Shown here: in pieces, positions 1-12,970 of the stretch
Position numbering within the stretch: the stretch's first letter is position 1
Layout of the letters: every line of letters begins with the position of its first letter
NCBI RefSeq assembly: GCF_018350175.1
Contig: NC_058368.1
Location: 84,446,001 to 84,510,000 of the forward strand
Length of the DNA: 64,000 bases
Direction: 5' to 3'
Source of the DNA: Felis catus
Lineage: Eukaryota
Translations under genes and position numbers: made by a program
Notes under the pieces: generated by a model
The model's database searches: none
Told to the model about the DNA's origin: nothing
Seen by the model: only the letters and a program-made list of their open reading frames with translations

Positions 1-121
1 GACTATATGTGTGTGTGTATATATATATATATATATTTTTTCAAATATATATATTTATATATAGTCAAATATATATATTTATATATAGTCAAATTTATAT
101 ATATATATATAGTCAAATTGG

Positions 122-153
<32 letters not shown>

Positions 154-211
154 CTATAAGCCTTTTTCCAAAGGAAAAAAAAAAGTAGAGAAAAAAAGCC
201 TGATCCAAAGG

Positions 212-255
<44 letters not shown>

Positions 256-260
256 GAGAG
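1..260. repeat. (TA)n/(TG)n and (GA)n microsatellites
   Basis: TA-rich tract 4-155 with three internal tatatagtcaaat units; (GA)n at ~219-260. Confidence 0.9.
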
Positions 261-2061
261 AAAGGGAATGAAAACAAACGAAAACCTATAAGCCTGATCC
301 AAAGGGGGGGGCATAGTAAGACTAGTCCTATTTTCACCAGAATTGCAGGTAACATTTTGAAGTACTGTATGATAGTAGCCCTCCTCTGGAGTAGAGCCTC
401 TCCCTGCTGTGTCTATTGTCCTTTGTGCAGAAAACAGTCTCATGCCTATGCATTGCACAGAATCTGTGATGTAGCCCTGCAAAAAGCAGAAACCAGGTTA
501 TCTGGCTTCTGCACTTGCCTCTACCCTCTGCTGATGGAAGACCTTTTGCTGGCACCTGCAGGGTCTTTTGTCCTTGGAGAGGCATTATACCTTTTTCCAA
601 ATGGACTCAGGAAGGGCAATGTTCTCTCCTAGTGTGACCCAGGAGATCCCTATAGCATGCTATGCACTCCAGGGTCAGAGCCCCCCTTCTCCCCAGGAGT
701 GCACATCACATCTTTGCTGTGGAGAATGTTGCACACTTCAAAAACCTCAGATTTTGAGGTCTTCCCACTGTTTGCAGAAAACCTGGGACACCCAGTACAT
801 TTCACTCCCCAGTGCATGGTTCAGAGAGGTTTTCCTCCTGTGCTAACCTGATGCCACTCTCTGTCATCCCCCCTTTCTTTCTCTCTCTTTTGTCTCTGAA
901 CAGAAAGTGTTCCCTACCCTCTGTGGCACTGTAGATTTTTTCTCCTCTAATTCACTTCCACACTCCTTGCACCTGCCACCCTGCCTCCCTCCAACTGTGG
1001 AGATCCTCCTGCCACTCTGCAGATTGACTTCATGGGTATTCCAAGTGATCTGACCTCAATACAGCTGTGTTTGTGGGATGAGAAGGGAGCAGGTTTCCCC
1101 TACTTTTCTGCCATTTTAACTCTTATCCTTGACTGTTTGTTAAGAGAAGTTTGATAGAAAAAAATATTTAAAAAGATAACAAATTAAAAATACAAAAAAT
1201 AAAATATAAAAATTTGCTCCTCTTTGTCCAGGAAACAAACACACAAACAAGCAAAAAAAAAAAAGAAAAAAACAAAGGAAGATCAATTGTTTCCTCTAGA
1301 GCCAAAGATTTTCACCAATCTATGATTAGTAGACCTAGTACATGGAAAGTATTTGTGCTATTTATCTTGGTGGGCAGGGGGTGGGGGTTGCTGGTGCTCT
1401 GATTCTCAGGCCTTCTTGCCCTAGGGGAGATGTGCTTGGAGGATAAGAGGGGTGGAGCTTGGTGTAAGGGCTCTTGTACTCCCCTTGATGGCACTGTTTA
1501 GCTCACAGAGGTTGGTGTTGGTGGGCTAGGGATGGAAAACCTGCCTTCATCCTGTCTGTATCTGAGCTGTCTGCCAGTCAGGTTGTGCTGCCCTCCTGGG
1601 TTCTATCTCATGTTTCTAAAGCCCACACTTCAGACACCCCTGTAAGCCTGGACTCAAGCTGATCCTCTGGGAGAGGGTCTTGCTGCACTGTGGCAGGTAC
1701 TGATTTGTCCCAGAAAGCAATCGTGCAACTGCACAGTGGCAGTAGCTCAGAGTTTATGATAAATTGCAACACACAGCCAGTACCAGTGTTCGCTGCCCTC
1801 AGCCAGCGTCTTTGTTCCTATACTGGTGAACAGGACAGCACTATGGTGCCCACCATGTCTTATGCTTGTAGACAGGCCTTACCACCTCTACCAAATGTAC
1901 TCCAACAGGGGAACCGCTTCTCTTTGTGTGACCCAGAGGATCCTCAGAGCTTGCTGCCATTTTCGGGTTTCTACCCTGCTTCCTCACCAGAGCACTGCCA
2001 GATGCTGACCTCCAAAACTTTAGACTCTTCACTCTGCAGTTTATAAAAAACTGGTAGTACC

Positions 2062-2281
2062 GGGGCGCCTGGGTGGCACAGTCGGTTAAGCGTCCGACTT
2101 CAGCCAGGTCACGATCTCGCGGTCCGTGAGTTCGAGCCCCGCGTCGGGCTCTGGGCTGATGGCTCAGAGCCTGGAGCCTGTTTCCGATTCTGTGTCTCCC
2201 TCTCTCTCTGCCCCTTCCCCGTTCATGCTCTGTCTCTCTCTGTCCCAAAAATAAATAAACGTTGAAAAAAAAAATTAAAAA
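2062..2281 (+). mobile_element. Young felid Can-SINE (SINEC_Fc-like)
   Basis: GGGGCGCCTGGGTGGCACAGTCGG head, B-box GTTCGAGCCC, (CT)n, AATAAA and A tail, CpGs intact. Perfect 17-bp TSD aaaaaactggtagtacc at 2045-2061 and 2282-2298. Confidence 0.95.
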
Positions 2282-2979
2282 AAAAAACTGGTAGTACCAA
2301 AACCCTCTCCTTTTCCATGTCAATGGTTTTGATGAATAATTTTCTTGTGCAGTCCCCTGCGTGTGTTTTCACTCTTTTTTCTTCACTCTTAGCTCTTCTT
2401 CATGATCGGGGATCCCTTTCCACCCCAATGCCTACAGCTCTTTCTCCCCCAAATAAACTCTGCAGTTCCTACCTTCTATGGATAATTTTTTTTTTCTGTT
2501 TGTAGTTGTGCAGCTTTGCTAAGACTTCGGATTGATTTCTTGGGTGTTCACAATGATTTGATATTTATCTAGCTGTTTGCGGGAGGAGGAAAGCTAGGGT
2601 CACCCTACTCCTGTACCATCATAAATCTATTTTGAGCAAATCCCTGCCTGTGGTTTCCTCTACATCTTTATTTAAGGGAGAATTCTACCATCTGTCATTT
2701 TGTCTAGGTTTCTGTCTTTTGTGTGTTATGAAAACTTGTTATGTTTCTTGCTCCTGAGTGTAATGATATATTAAGAAAGGGTTATACACTGTCCAGAGCC
2801 TGGTGCTGCAGGAAGAGTTTCTGGTGTGTGCTATGTGCAACTCTGCTGCTGTGATTTGGCTGCTCTTTCCCCCAGTTCAGTCCTTTGCAGAGTTCCTTCT
2901 TGCTTACAGTGGGATGTTTAGACTTTTAACTAGTTTTTCTTTGATTTGCTTGTTAAAATAAGACTGATTTTTTAAATTT

Positions 2980-3290
2980 CTGGTCCAAAAAAAAGAGAGA
3001 GAAAAGGTAAAGGAACAACAACAACCCAACAAAAAACTTTAAGACAAAAAAAAGAAAGAAAGAAAGAAAGCAAAAAGAAGATAAATAAATAAATAAATAA
3101 ATAAATAAAGGAGGCTGATCCAAAAAAATCAGAAAAGGAAATAAAACAAGCAAAGAAAGAAAGAAAGAAAGAAAGAAAAGGAAAAGACAGGAAAGGAAAG
3201 GAAAGGAAAGGAAGGAAAAGAAAAGAAAAAAGAAAAGAAAAGAAAAAAGAAAAAAAGAAAAAAAAGAAAAGAAAAGAAAAAAGAAAGCCC
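2980..3290. repeat. Purine-rich microsatellite complex (GAAA, AAAT, GGAAA) inside an L1 5'UTR
   Basis: Directly visible tandem repeats. Confidence 0.9.
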
Positions 3291-4840
3291 GGTCCTATTT
3301 CCACCAGAATTGAAGCTGATGCTTTGGAGTACTCTGTGATAGTAGACTTGGCACATGCAGGGATGGGGTGGGGGGGGGCTGTGTTGGCCCTCAGAGGTAG
3401 AGGCCCACTGCACTGTCTTATAGTCAGACTTGCACCAGTGAAGATGTCCCTGCAGGGCACAGCAGGGTGGATTTGGTGTAGGTGGCTCCAGCCTCCCCTG
3501 GGGATGCTGTGTTGCTCATTGTACTGTGACTGTTCTCATGGGTGGGGGAGAAGGGAAAGATGGTGTCACCCCATTCTCTCTTCCCAGGGGAAGGTAGGTC
3601 TTGTCTGCCAATATTCAGGGGGGTCCTCACAGACCAGCGAACGATCTCCCCCTCCTGTGTTTCAGGCTTCCATCAGATCCCTGTCCTCAACCTCTGTGCC
3701 TAGGCCACCAATATGCGTGATGCCACACTTCTTTTGTGTTTGTTTTATCTCTGGTGTGCAGCCAGGATTCAAAACTTCAAATCTTAAAAACAAACAAACA
3801 AACAAACAAACAAAAAAACAGCAAAGCCTGGACCCTCTCCCTTTCTCTGGAGGAGAGCATCACAGTTCTGCTCCTGGTGTTGTTCTGTCCCAGAAAAGCA
3901 ATCGCATGCTGCACAGGTGCCTGGAGTTTATGGTGAAGCAAGGAGGCACGCTGAAACCAGGTATCCACCCTTTGCTTGTGCCTCTGTCCCCTGCTGTTGA
4001 AGCACCACTCAAAGGTACTAGCCTTTTTTTTTTTTTTTTTTTTTTATCTTCAGAGAGGCAATATAGCTTCTTCCAAATGCATTCCAGGAAGGGGAATGTT
4101 TTCTCCCAGTGTGACCCAGGGGATCCCCACACCACACTGTCCAGTGTGTGCTCTCAGGCCTCTGGCCTTCTTCTCCCCAGGAACACTGCTATCCCCTTGG
4201 TTCTACTTGGGAGAATGGTGCAAACTTTCAAAGCCTCCAAATTTTGGCTCAACTGTTTGCAAAAACTTGTGATAGTCAGTTCCTTCCGATTCCCCGGTGA
4301 ATGGTTTCGGGTAGTGCTTTTCTTGTGTGAACTCAATGCACTGCTCTCTCTTCCTCTCTTCTCCTCTCTTTGGAAAGGGCTCCCTCCCTTTTGTGGCTCC
4401 GTGGCTTTTCGCTTCCCCTTTTCATGTCCCCTCACCTGTACCTGCCACATTTTCTTCCTCAAGACATGAAGATTGTTCTCTTAATTCTCCAATTGATTTC
4501 CTAGGTGTTCAAATGATTTGGTGTTGATCTAGCTGTGTTTTAGGAGCAAGGCAAGTCCAGAGTCCCCCTAGTACTCTGCCATTTTAACTCCTTCCCAGTT
4601 ATAGCATTTTAAAATTTTGGCTTGACTAGTGTTTGTTTTTTTTTTAATCTGTCATAAGGGTTTCTCTAGTGTCTTCTGTGCTTTTCTCAAGCTCAGCTAG
4701 TTTACCTTATGATTATTGTTTTAACTTCTGGTTCAGATATCTTACTTATATCTGTGTTGATTAAACACCTGGAGATGACTTCTTCATATTCTTTCTTTTG
4801 GGGTGAATTTCCCTATCTTGTCATTTTGTCTGGATCACTG

Positions 4841-4876
<36 letters not shown>

Positions 4877-6229
4877 TTGTTAGGAAAGTCTGTTTGTGCC
4901 TTCTCCTGAAAATAAAAGCTATATTAAGAAGAGGCACAAAAAAAAAGGTAGCTAGATCTTATTTCCCCTATATCTGGGACTATGTAGCACTCTGATCAGT
5001 AGACTTTGTGGGTTTAGAGGGGTTTGTGCTGGGCTTCTGGGAGTGGAGCCTGCCGTGATTCTCAGGTGGACTCCCTCAAGTGGAGATGCACCTCCTTCAG
5101 GGGGCTGACATTCAGTGTAAGCAGCTCCAGCCTCCCCTTGGTGGTGCTGTTTTGGTCACTAAAGTTGGTCAGTGCTGATGGATGGGGGGGGGAGGGGAAA
5201 TGGCATTGCCCCACTCTTTGGTGCACAGAGCAGGGAGTTGACACTCTTTAGGAAGTTCTCACAGATGAACCAGCAATCACTTCTCTTATGTCCCCAGCTT
5301 CCACCAGATCCCTGTCTTCACCCTGCCTGTGTCCATTGTTCTGTCTGCCTACCAGGTAGCACAACACTCCTGTTTTATCTCAGACACATGGCTGGGTTTC
5401 AAAACTGCAAACTCCAAATTTTAGGGACCCAGACAACAGGGGCCCACAGTGATCCTCTGGGGGGAGAGTCTTGCTACGCTTACTCTGTTTGCCGGTTTGT
5501 CCTAGGAAAGTGATCACATGACTGTGGATCAGTTCAGAGTTTATGGTAAAGCACAGGACAAGCTAGCACCAGGTTTGCTGTCCTCAGCCAGTGTCTTTGT
5601 TCCTATGCCAGGGAACAGGACAGCCCAGTGGTGCTGCTGGTTCCTTTCGTCCCCAGAAAGATCATGCCGCCATTCCCAAATGCACTCCAAGGAGGGGAAA
5701 TTTTTCTCCCTGTGCGACCCAGGGGATCCTTAGATCACACTGCTTGCTTATGGATCTCTGCCCTCCTTCCCCATGAGAGCACCACTAAGCCTTCTGAAGC
5801 ATGATCTGGCCAAAAAAATGGACTACTAAAACTGCAAATTTTGTGCTCCCTGCTTATAATAACTTGTAATAGATCCCTCTCCTTTTCCTAGTCAATGGTT
5901 TTGGGGAAGAGTTTTTCTTATGCAGTCACCTGCATGTGCTTTCACTCTTTCTTCCTCTTTCTCTTTTGCTCCTCTCTCCATGATCAGGACTCCCTCCCCT
6001 CCACAGCACTTGCCCTTCTTTTCTCCACCAACTCAGCTCTCTGCAGCTCCTACCTTCCGTGATGTAGCTGTTTTCCTACCTCTAGATGTGCTGTTTGTTC
6101 TCTCAGACTTCAGATCAATTTCTTGGCCATTCAATATGGTTTGATATTTATCTGGCTGTATTCACAGGATGAAGCATGCATAGGGTTCCACTACTCCTTT
6201 ACCATATTAACTCCTTTAATCTAAAAATT

Positions 6230-6651
6230 TTTGCAAAGTATACATACAGATGGATACAGACACATGAAAAGATGCTCAATGTCACTGATTATCAGGGAAA
6301 TACAAATGAAAATCACAGTGAGATAACCACCTCATACCTCTCAGATTGGTTACAATTAATAACACAGAAAACAGCACATGTTGGCAAGGGTGTGGAAAAA
6401 GGGTAACCATCTTCCATTGTTGGTGTGAATACAAGCTAGTGAAGCAACTTTGGAACACAGTATGGAGGTTCCTCAAAAACTTAAAAATAGAAGTACCTTA
6501 CAACCCACTGATTGCACTACCAGGTATTTTCCCAAAGGATGCAAAAACACAGATTCAAAGGGGCACATGCACCCCAATGTTTATAGCAGCACTAACAATA
6601 ACCAAAGTAGGGAAAATGCGCAAATGTCCATTGACTGATGAATGGATGAAG

Positions 6652-6683
<32 letters not shown>

Positions 6684-7215
6684 TTATAATGCTAAATGAA
6701 GTAATTCAGTCAGAGAAGGGTAAATGCCATATGATTTCAGTCATGTGGAATTTAAGAAATGAAACAGATGAACTTAAGGAAAGAGAAAACAAGATGGAGA
6801 CAAACAATAAGAGACTCTTTGTTTATTTGAAAGAGAGAGAAAGAGAGAGTGGGGGAGAAGGAGAGAGAGACAATCCTAAGCAGATTCCATGCCCAGCGTG
6901 AAGCCTGATGTGGGGCTTGATCCCAAGACTCTGGGGTCATGACCTGAGATGAAATCAAGAGTCAATGCTCAATCAAATGAGCCATCCAGGTGTCCTGACT
7001 CAATTATGTAGAATAAACTGAGGGTTGCTGGAAGGGAGGTGGGTGGGGGATGGTCTAAATGGGTGATGAGTACTAAAGAGGGCTTTTGTTGAGATGAGCA
7101 GTGCGTATTATATGTAAGGGATGAAACACTAAATTCTATTCCTGAAACCAATATTACACTATATGCTCACTAACTACAACTTAAATAAAAACTTTTAAAA
7201 AAGAAAAAAAAAGAA
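6230..7215 (+). mobile_element. LINE-1 3' fragment (ORF2 C-terminus, 3'UTR, A tail) with an inserted - strand SINE at ~6818-6996
   Basis: ORF 6346-6699 shows CWQGC...HCWCEYKLVKQLW...[10 protein letters not shown], the ORF2p Cys-rich end. Confidence 0.88.
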
Positions 7216-7269
7216 AAATAAATAAAGCTACGTTTCATTGTCACTAAAAAAATAAGAAAGAAAAATTTA

Positions 7270-8805
7270 AAAAAATCAAACTAGAGTCATCACAATTCCA
7301 GACTTCAAGTCTTTTTTAGAAAGCTGCAGTGATCAAAACAGTATGGTACTGGCCTAAAAATATACGTGTAGATCAATGGAACAGAATAGAAAATGTAGAA
7401 ATAAATCCATAAATATATTGTCAATTAATCTTTGACAAAGCTGTAAAGAATATCCAATGGGAAAAAGGCAGTCTCTTCAACAAATTGTATTGGGAAACCG
7501 GGACAGCTACATGTGAAAGAATAAAACTGGACCACTTTTTTGTATCATACACAAAAATAAATTCATAATTGATGAACAACCAAAATGTGAGATCTGAAAC
7601 CAGAAAAATCCTAGAAGAGAACACAGACATTAACTTCTTTGACATCAGCCCTAGCAACTTGTTTCTAGATACATCTTCTGAGGTACAGGAAACAAAGGGG
7701 AAAATGAACTATTTGGATTTCATTCAAGATAAAAAGCTTCTGCATAACAAAGGGAAGGCTCAACAAAACCAAAAGGCAACAATCAGAATGAGAGAAGTTA
7801 TTTGTAAATAATATATCTGATAAAAGGTTAGTATCCAAAATATATAAAGAACTTATGAAACTCACTCAAAAAGCAAATGACCCAATTAACAAATGGATCA
7901 AAAGACATGAACAGATGTTTTTCCAAAGAAGACATCCAGATGGCCAATGGACACGTGGAAAGATGCTCCACATCACTCATCATCAGGGAAATACAAATCA
8001 AAACCACAATGAAATACCACCTCACAACCTGTTAGTATGGCTAAAATTACAACATAAGGAACAACAGGTGTTGGTGAGGATGTGGAGAGAGGGGAACCCT
8101 CTTTCACTTTTGTAGGGAATGCAAACTGGTTTGGCCACTACTGAAAATAGTATGCAGGTTCTTCAATAAGTTAAAAACAGAAGTATATGACAGATCATAG
8201 AAGCTCTATGATCCAGCATGTACACTACTATGTATTTACTCAAAGAATACAAAAATACTATTTCAAAGGGATACATGCACACAGAAATTTATAGCAGCAT
8301 TATCTACAATAGTCAAATTATGGAAACAGCCCATATGCCCATTGACTTTTGAATGGAGAAAGAGGATATGTTATACTTATTTATATTTATATATAATGGA
8401 ATATTACTCAGTTGTAGGAGGAATGAAGTCTTGCCATTTGCAATGACATGAATGGAGCTAGATAGAGATCATTATACTAGGTGAAATAATTCAGTCAGAG
8501 AAAGTCACATACCATATGATTTTACTCCTATGTGGAATTTAAGAAACAAAACAAATTAACAAAGTGAATAAAGAAAGAGAGAAGCAAGCCAAGAAAAAAG
8601 ACTCTTAACTAAAGATAACAAACTTTTGGTTACCAGAAGGGAGGCAAGGGGGGAGTGGGTTAAATAGGTTATTGGGATAAAGGAGAGCACTTGTGATGAG
8701 CACTGGATATTGTATGGTAGTGTGAAATTGCTATATTGTAAACCTGAAACAAATATTATACTGTATGTTAACTAGCTGGAATTTAACCAAAACTTAAAAA
8801 AAAAA
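7270..8805 (+). mobile_element. 5'-truncated LINE-1 (ORF2 C-terminal part and 3'UTR)
   Basis: Degenerate homology to 15550-16990; ends in an A tail near 8795-8806. Confidence 0.88.
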
Positions 8806-9109
8806 ACTTATGTGTAGAAAAAAGAAACATATATAAGTGTTGGTAAATGTTATCATAGTCGTTGTCACATGATTAACTTAGTAAAATATGGCACAAAACT
8901 TGTTTAAGAGAAGAAAGGAATAGAGTAAAATTTTAACCAAGGCTATAAAAATCTCCATTTGAAGTAAAAATAAGCTACAAAACTGACTTAAACCATTCTA
9001 AAACAGGATAACTAAAACCGCAATATGCTATGCCCTAAACTAAAATGATAGAACCATTTACTTTTATTTATTTATTTTTGGCCAGAATAGTAGGAGCAAT
9101 AATTTAAAA

Positions 9110-9395
9110 CTCAGAGGGAGGGTAACAGTGGATGTTTTTATAATAGAAAAGGAGAGAACATACAAAGACACAGTCAGAAAGCCATGTGAAGACAAAGGTA
9201 TAGATTGGCATAATGTACCAGAAGCCAAGGAAGGTAAGGACATCCATTACTGGTTAGGCCCCATCCTAAGCCAGGATGATCTCATCTCAAGATCTTTTTT
9301 AAATAACATCTGTGAAGACACTTACTCCAAATAATGTCAAATGTTGAGGTTCTGAGTGGATGTATGTTTTGAGGGAGCACCATGAATCACACTAA
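9110..9395. mobile_element. MaLR (MLT1-like) LTR fragments
   Basis: gccatgtgaagac...agattgg...gaagccaagga and ggatgatctcatctcaagatc...aataacatctg motifs recalled from MLT1. Confidence 0.55.
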
Positions 9396-10129
9396 GTGAT
9401 GATTAAGACATTCAATACTGCGAACAAAGCAAGAGTCTTTATATTAAAAAGAAAATTTCTCAATGCACTCTAAGGAGACATCTCAGAAAAGGAGATAAGA
9501 CCTGATCTACTAAATGGGTTCACCATCTGGAACCCACCACTCTATCATTCCCCTCTTCCCTCTCTTTACCTCAGTCCATCTTTCCATGACTATTTTTTCT
9601 CTCTCATTTTGATTTAAACCTATTTCTCCCTTTATCCTAGGATACCCCTACTCCATATCTCTATAATCCTTAGTAGACCACAGTAGGGATATGATGTTTC
9701 TGGTGGTTGGTAAGCTGATTTATTCTGGAAAAGTATTAGCCTGTCATTTTTTTCTTCTTCCATTCCCCATTTGAGCTCATTCATAAATGGAGTCACAGTC
9801 TCTAGGACATGTATTGCCATATGAATAATAAAGTTCTTCCTTATGCCCTTTCTATTATCTGAGAAGGAGAGAGGTAGGAAACCAGGGTGAAGGGAGAGGT
9901 CTTTGTGTAATACCTCCCCAGGTTAAATTCTGACTTAGCTAGAGGTTATGAATATTTCCATTTCCTGATTCTGAGTAGAACAATCTTGTCAACCAAGGAG
10001 GGTCTCAGATTTTCAACTGAACACTTACACAGGAGAAAATGGCTTAGCTAGAGATCCTACCTGTTAATTTGGAGAAAGGTTGGTTATGAACTAGATAGGT
10101 ATTTATCTCTTAGAAAAGATAAGTGTCAC

Positions 10130-10590
10130 CTACATTAACTTGCTAAGCAAGATATCTAATATGTCTAACACCAAAGTCCTGACCTCACATGAAACCCGTT
10201 CTTCTGTCATCCCTCCTTTCTCAGTTTATGTCAACACTGTTGTCCCGTGAAAGCCAACACTTTGAGTCTTCCTTGACTCCTTTCTCTCATCTTCTACACT
10301 GAATCTAGAAGGAAATCCTTTTGTCTCTACTTTGAAAGAATGTCCAGAGTAACCCTAATTCTCTCCCTCTTTATCATAAGCACCCTAGTCCATTGGCCTG
10401 TCCATTATGACTGATATGAACAAGTGTAGTAGCATCCCATCTGGCTTCTTGCTCTGCTTCACCTCATAGGGCACTTCTAAAATCTACATTAGACTGCATT
10501 CTTCCTCCGCTTTAACATTGAGTGAACACTGAAGCTGGCAATGGCCTATAAGACCCCACACATCAGGCACATTATTTATTACCCCTCTGA
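10130..10590 (+). mobile_element. Ancient L2 LINE, left half
   Basis: L2-like motifs (ccttgactcctttctctc, atggcctataagacc). The element resumes after the L1 nest at 18537. Confidence 0.6.
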
Positions 10591-12030
10591 CTTCATTTCT
10601 TTTTTTTTAAATTTCCTTTTTTTCTCACTATAATTCTTAATTTTAATTTTTAAAAATTTGCATCCAAATTTCTTAGCATATAGTGAAACAATGATTTCAG
10701 GAGTAGATTCCTTAGTGCCCCTTACCCATTTAGCCCATTCCCCCTCCCACAACCCTTCCAGTAACCCTGTTTGTTCTCCATATTTATGAGTCTCTTATGT
10801 TTTGTCCCCTTCCCTGTTTTTATATTATTTTTGTTTCCCTTCCCTTATGTTCATCTGCTTTGTCTCTTAAAGTCCTCATATGAGTGAAGTCATATATTTG
10901 TCTTTCTCTAATTTCACTCAGCATAATACCCTCCGGTTCCACCCACATACTTGTAAATGACAAGATTTCATTCTTTTTGATGCCGAGTAATACTCCATTG
11001 TATCTATATACCACATCTTTTCTAGCCATTCACCCATCAATGGACATTTGGGCTCTTTCCATACTTTGACTATTGTTGATACTGCTGCTATAAACATTGG
11101 GGTGCGGACTTTCAGGGAAGATGGCGGCGTAGGACGCTGGGCTCACTGCGCGTCCTGCTGATCACTTAGATTCCAACTACACCTGCCTAACTAACCCAGA
11201 AAACCACCAAAAGACTAGCAGAATGGAGTATCTGGAGCCCAGAGCAGACAAGAGGCCCACGGAAGAGGGTAGGAAGGGCGGAGAGGCGGTGCGCGCTGCA
11301 CGGACTGGCGGGAGGGAGCCGGGGTGGAAGGGCAGCCTGCCGGCCAAGCAGAGCCCTGAGTCTGGCTTGCAAAATCGGAGGGGACTGACGGAGTGTGTTC
11401 CGACAGCAAGCGCAACTTAGCATCTGGGAGGTCATAAGTGAACAGCTCTGCTCAGAAATCGGGGAGGCTGGAGGACGAAGGGAGGGAGAGTTGCTGAGCC
11501 CCAAGACGACGGAGCTCAGTTTGGCGGGGAACAAAGGCACTCGCCAGCGCCATCTCCCTCGCCCATCCCCCAGCCAAAATCCCAAAGGGAACCAGTTCCT
11601 GCCAGGGAACTTGCTCGCTCTGCGCAAACACCCAACGCTCTGCTTCTGAGGAGCCACCCCTCTGGCAGCAGGTCTGACTCCATCCCGCTGCCACAGGGCC
11701 CCTCCTGAAGTGGATCACCTAAGGAGAAGCGAGCTAAGCCTGCCTCTCCTGCCCCCGTGCACCTTGCCTACCCACCCCAGCTAATACGCCAGATCCCCAG
11801 CACCACAAGCCTGGCAGTGTGCAAGTAGCCCAGACGGGCCACGCCACCCCACAGTGAATCCCGCCCTAGGAGAGGGGAAGAGAAGGCACACACCAGTCTG
11901 ACTATGGCCCCAGCGGTGGGCTGGGGGCAGACATCAGGTCTGACTGCGGCTCCGCCCACCAGCTCCAGTTATACACCACAGCATAGGGGAAGTGCCCTGC
12001 AGGTCCGCACCACCCCAGGGACTATCCAAA

Positions 12031-12920
12031 ATGACCAAACGGAAGAATTCCCCTCAGAAGAATCTCCAGGAAATAACAACAGCTAATGAACTGATCAAAA
12101 AGGATTTAAATAATATAACAGAAAGTGAATTTAGAATAATAGTCATAAAATTAATCACTGGGATTGAAAACAGTATAGAGGACAGCAGAGAATCTCTTGC
12201 TAAAGAGATCAAGGGACTAAGGAGCAGTCACGAGGAGCTGAAAAGTGCTTTAAAAGAAATGCAAAACAAAATGGAAACCACGATGGCTCGGATTGAAGAG
12301 GCAGAGGAGAGAATAGGTGAACTAGAAGATAAAGTTATGGAAAAAGAGGAAGCTGAGAAAAAGATAAAAAAATCCAGGAGTATGAGGGGAAAATTAGAGA
12401 ACTAAGTGATACACTAAAAAGAAATAATATATGCATAATTGGTATCCCAGAGGAGGAAGAGAGAGGGAAAGGTGCTGAAGGGGTACTTGAAGAAATCATA
12501 GCTGAGAACTTCCCTGAACTGGGGAAGGAAAAAGGCATTGAAATCCAAGAGGCACAGAGAACTCCCTTCAGACATAACTTGAATCGATCTTCTGCACAAC
12601 ATATCATAGTGAAACTGGCAAAATACAAGGATAAAGAGAAAATTCTGAAAGCAGCAAGGGGTAAACGTGCCCTCACATATAAAGGGAGACCTATAAGACT
12701 CGTGGCTGATCTCTCTTTTGAAACTTGGCAGGCCAGAAAGGATTGGCACGAGATCTTTAATTTGCTGAACAGGAAAAATACGCAGCTGACAATCCTTTAT
12801 CCAGCAAGTCTGTCACTTAGAATAGAAGGAGAGATAAAGGTCTTCCCAAACAAACAAAAACTGAAGGAATTTGTCACCACTAAACCAGCCCTACAAGAGA
12901 TCCTAAGAGGGATCCTGTGA
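12031..12920 (+). pseudogene. L1 ORF1p, frameshifted near 12365
   Basis: MTKRKNSPQKNLQE coiled-coil part and C-terminal part (...TTKPALQEILRGIL) lie in different frames. Confidence 0.92.
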
Positions 12921-12970
12921 GACAAAGTACCAGAGACATCACTACAAGCATAAATCATACAGACATCACA

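Larger units (their letters stand above)
170..6215 (-). mobile_element. Four tandem carnivore-type LINE-1 5'UTR modules with ORF1 stubs
   Basis: The L1 5'-terminal motif (rc of GGAGTTAAGATGG...GTAGGGGA) recurs at ~1122, ~2625, ~4592 and ~6213. ORF1 starts of the MTR..NSPQKKE type lie at 2698 and 4824. Each module is homologous to the + strand L1 head at 61014. Confidence 0.8.

Noticed and set aside
3..482. Hydrophobic membrane-protein-like ORFs (also 2972-3460, 45954-46245, 56869-57246)
   Set aside because: Translations of microsatellites and T-rich L1 UTR tracts.
3324..4469. 381-aa ORF antisense to an L1 5'UTR (possible ORF0 analogue)
   Set aside because: Starts at TTG, runs through microsatellite and poly-T tracts (KNKQTNKQ, FFFFFFF) and has no recognisable domain. 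The homologous UTR copies give only short ORFs in mixed frames.
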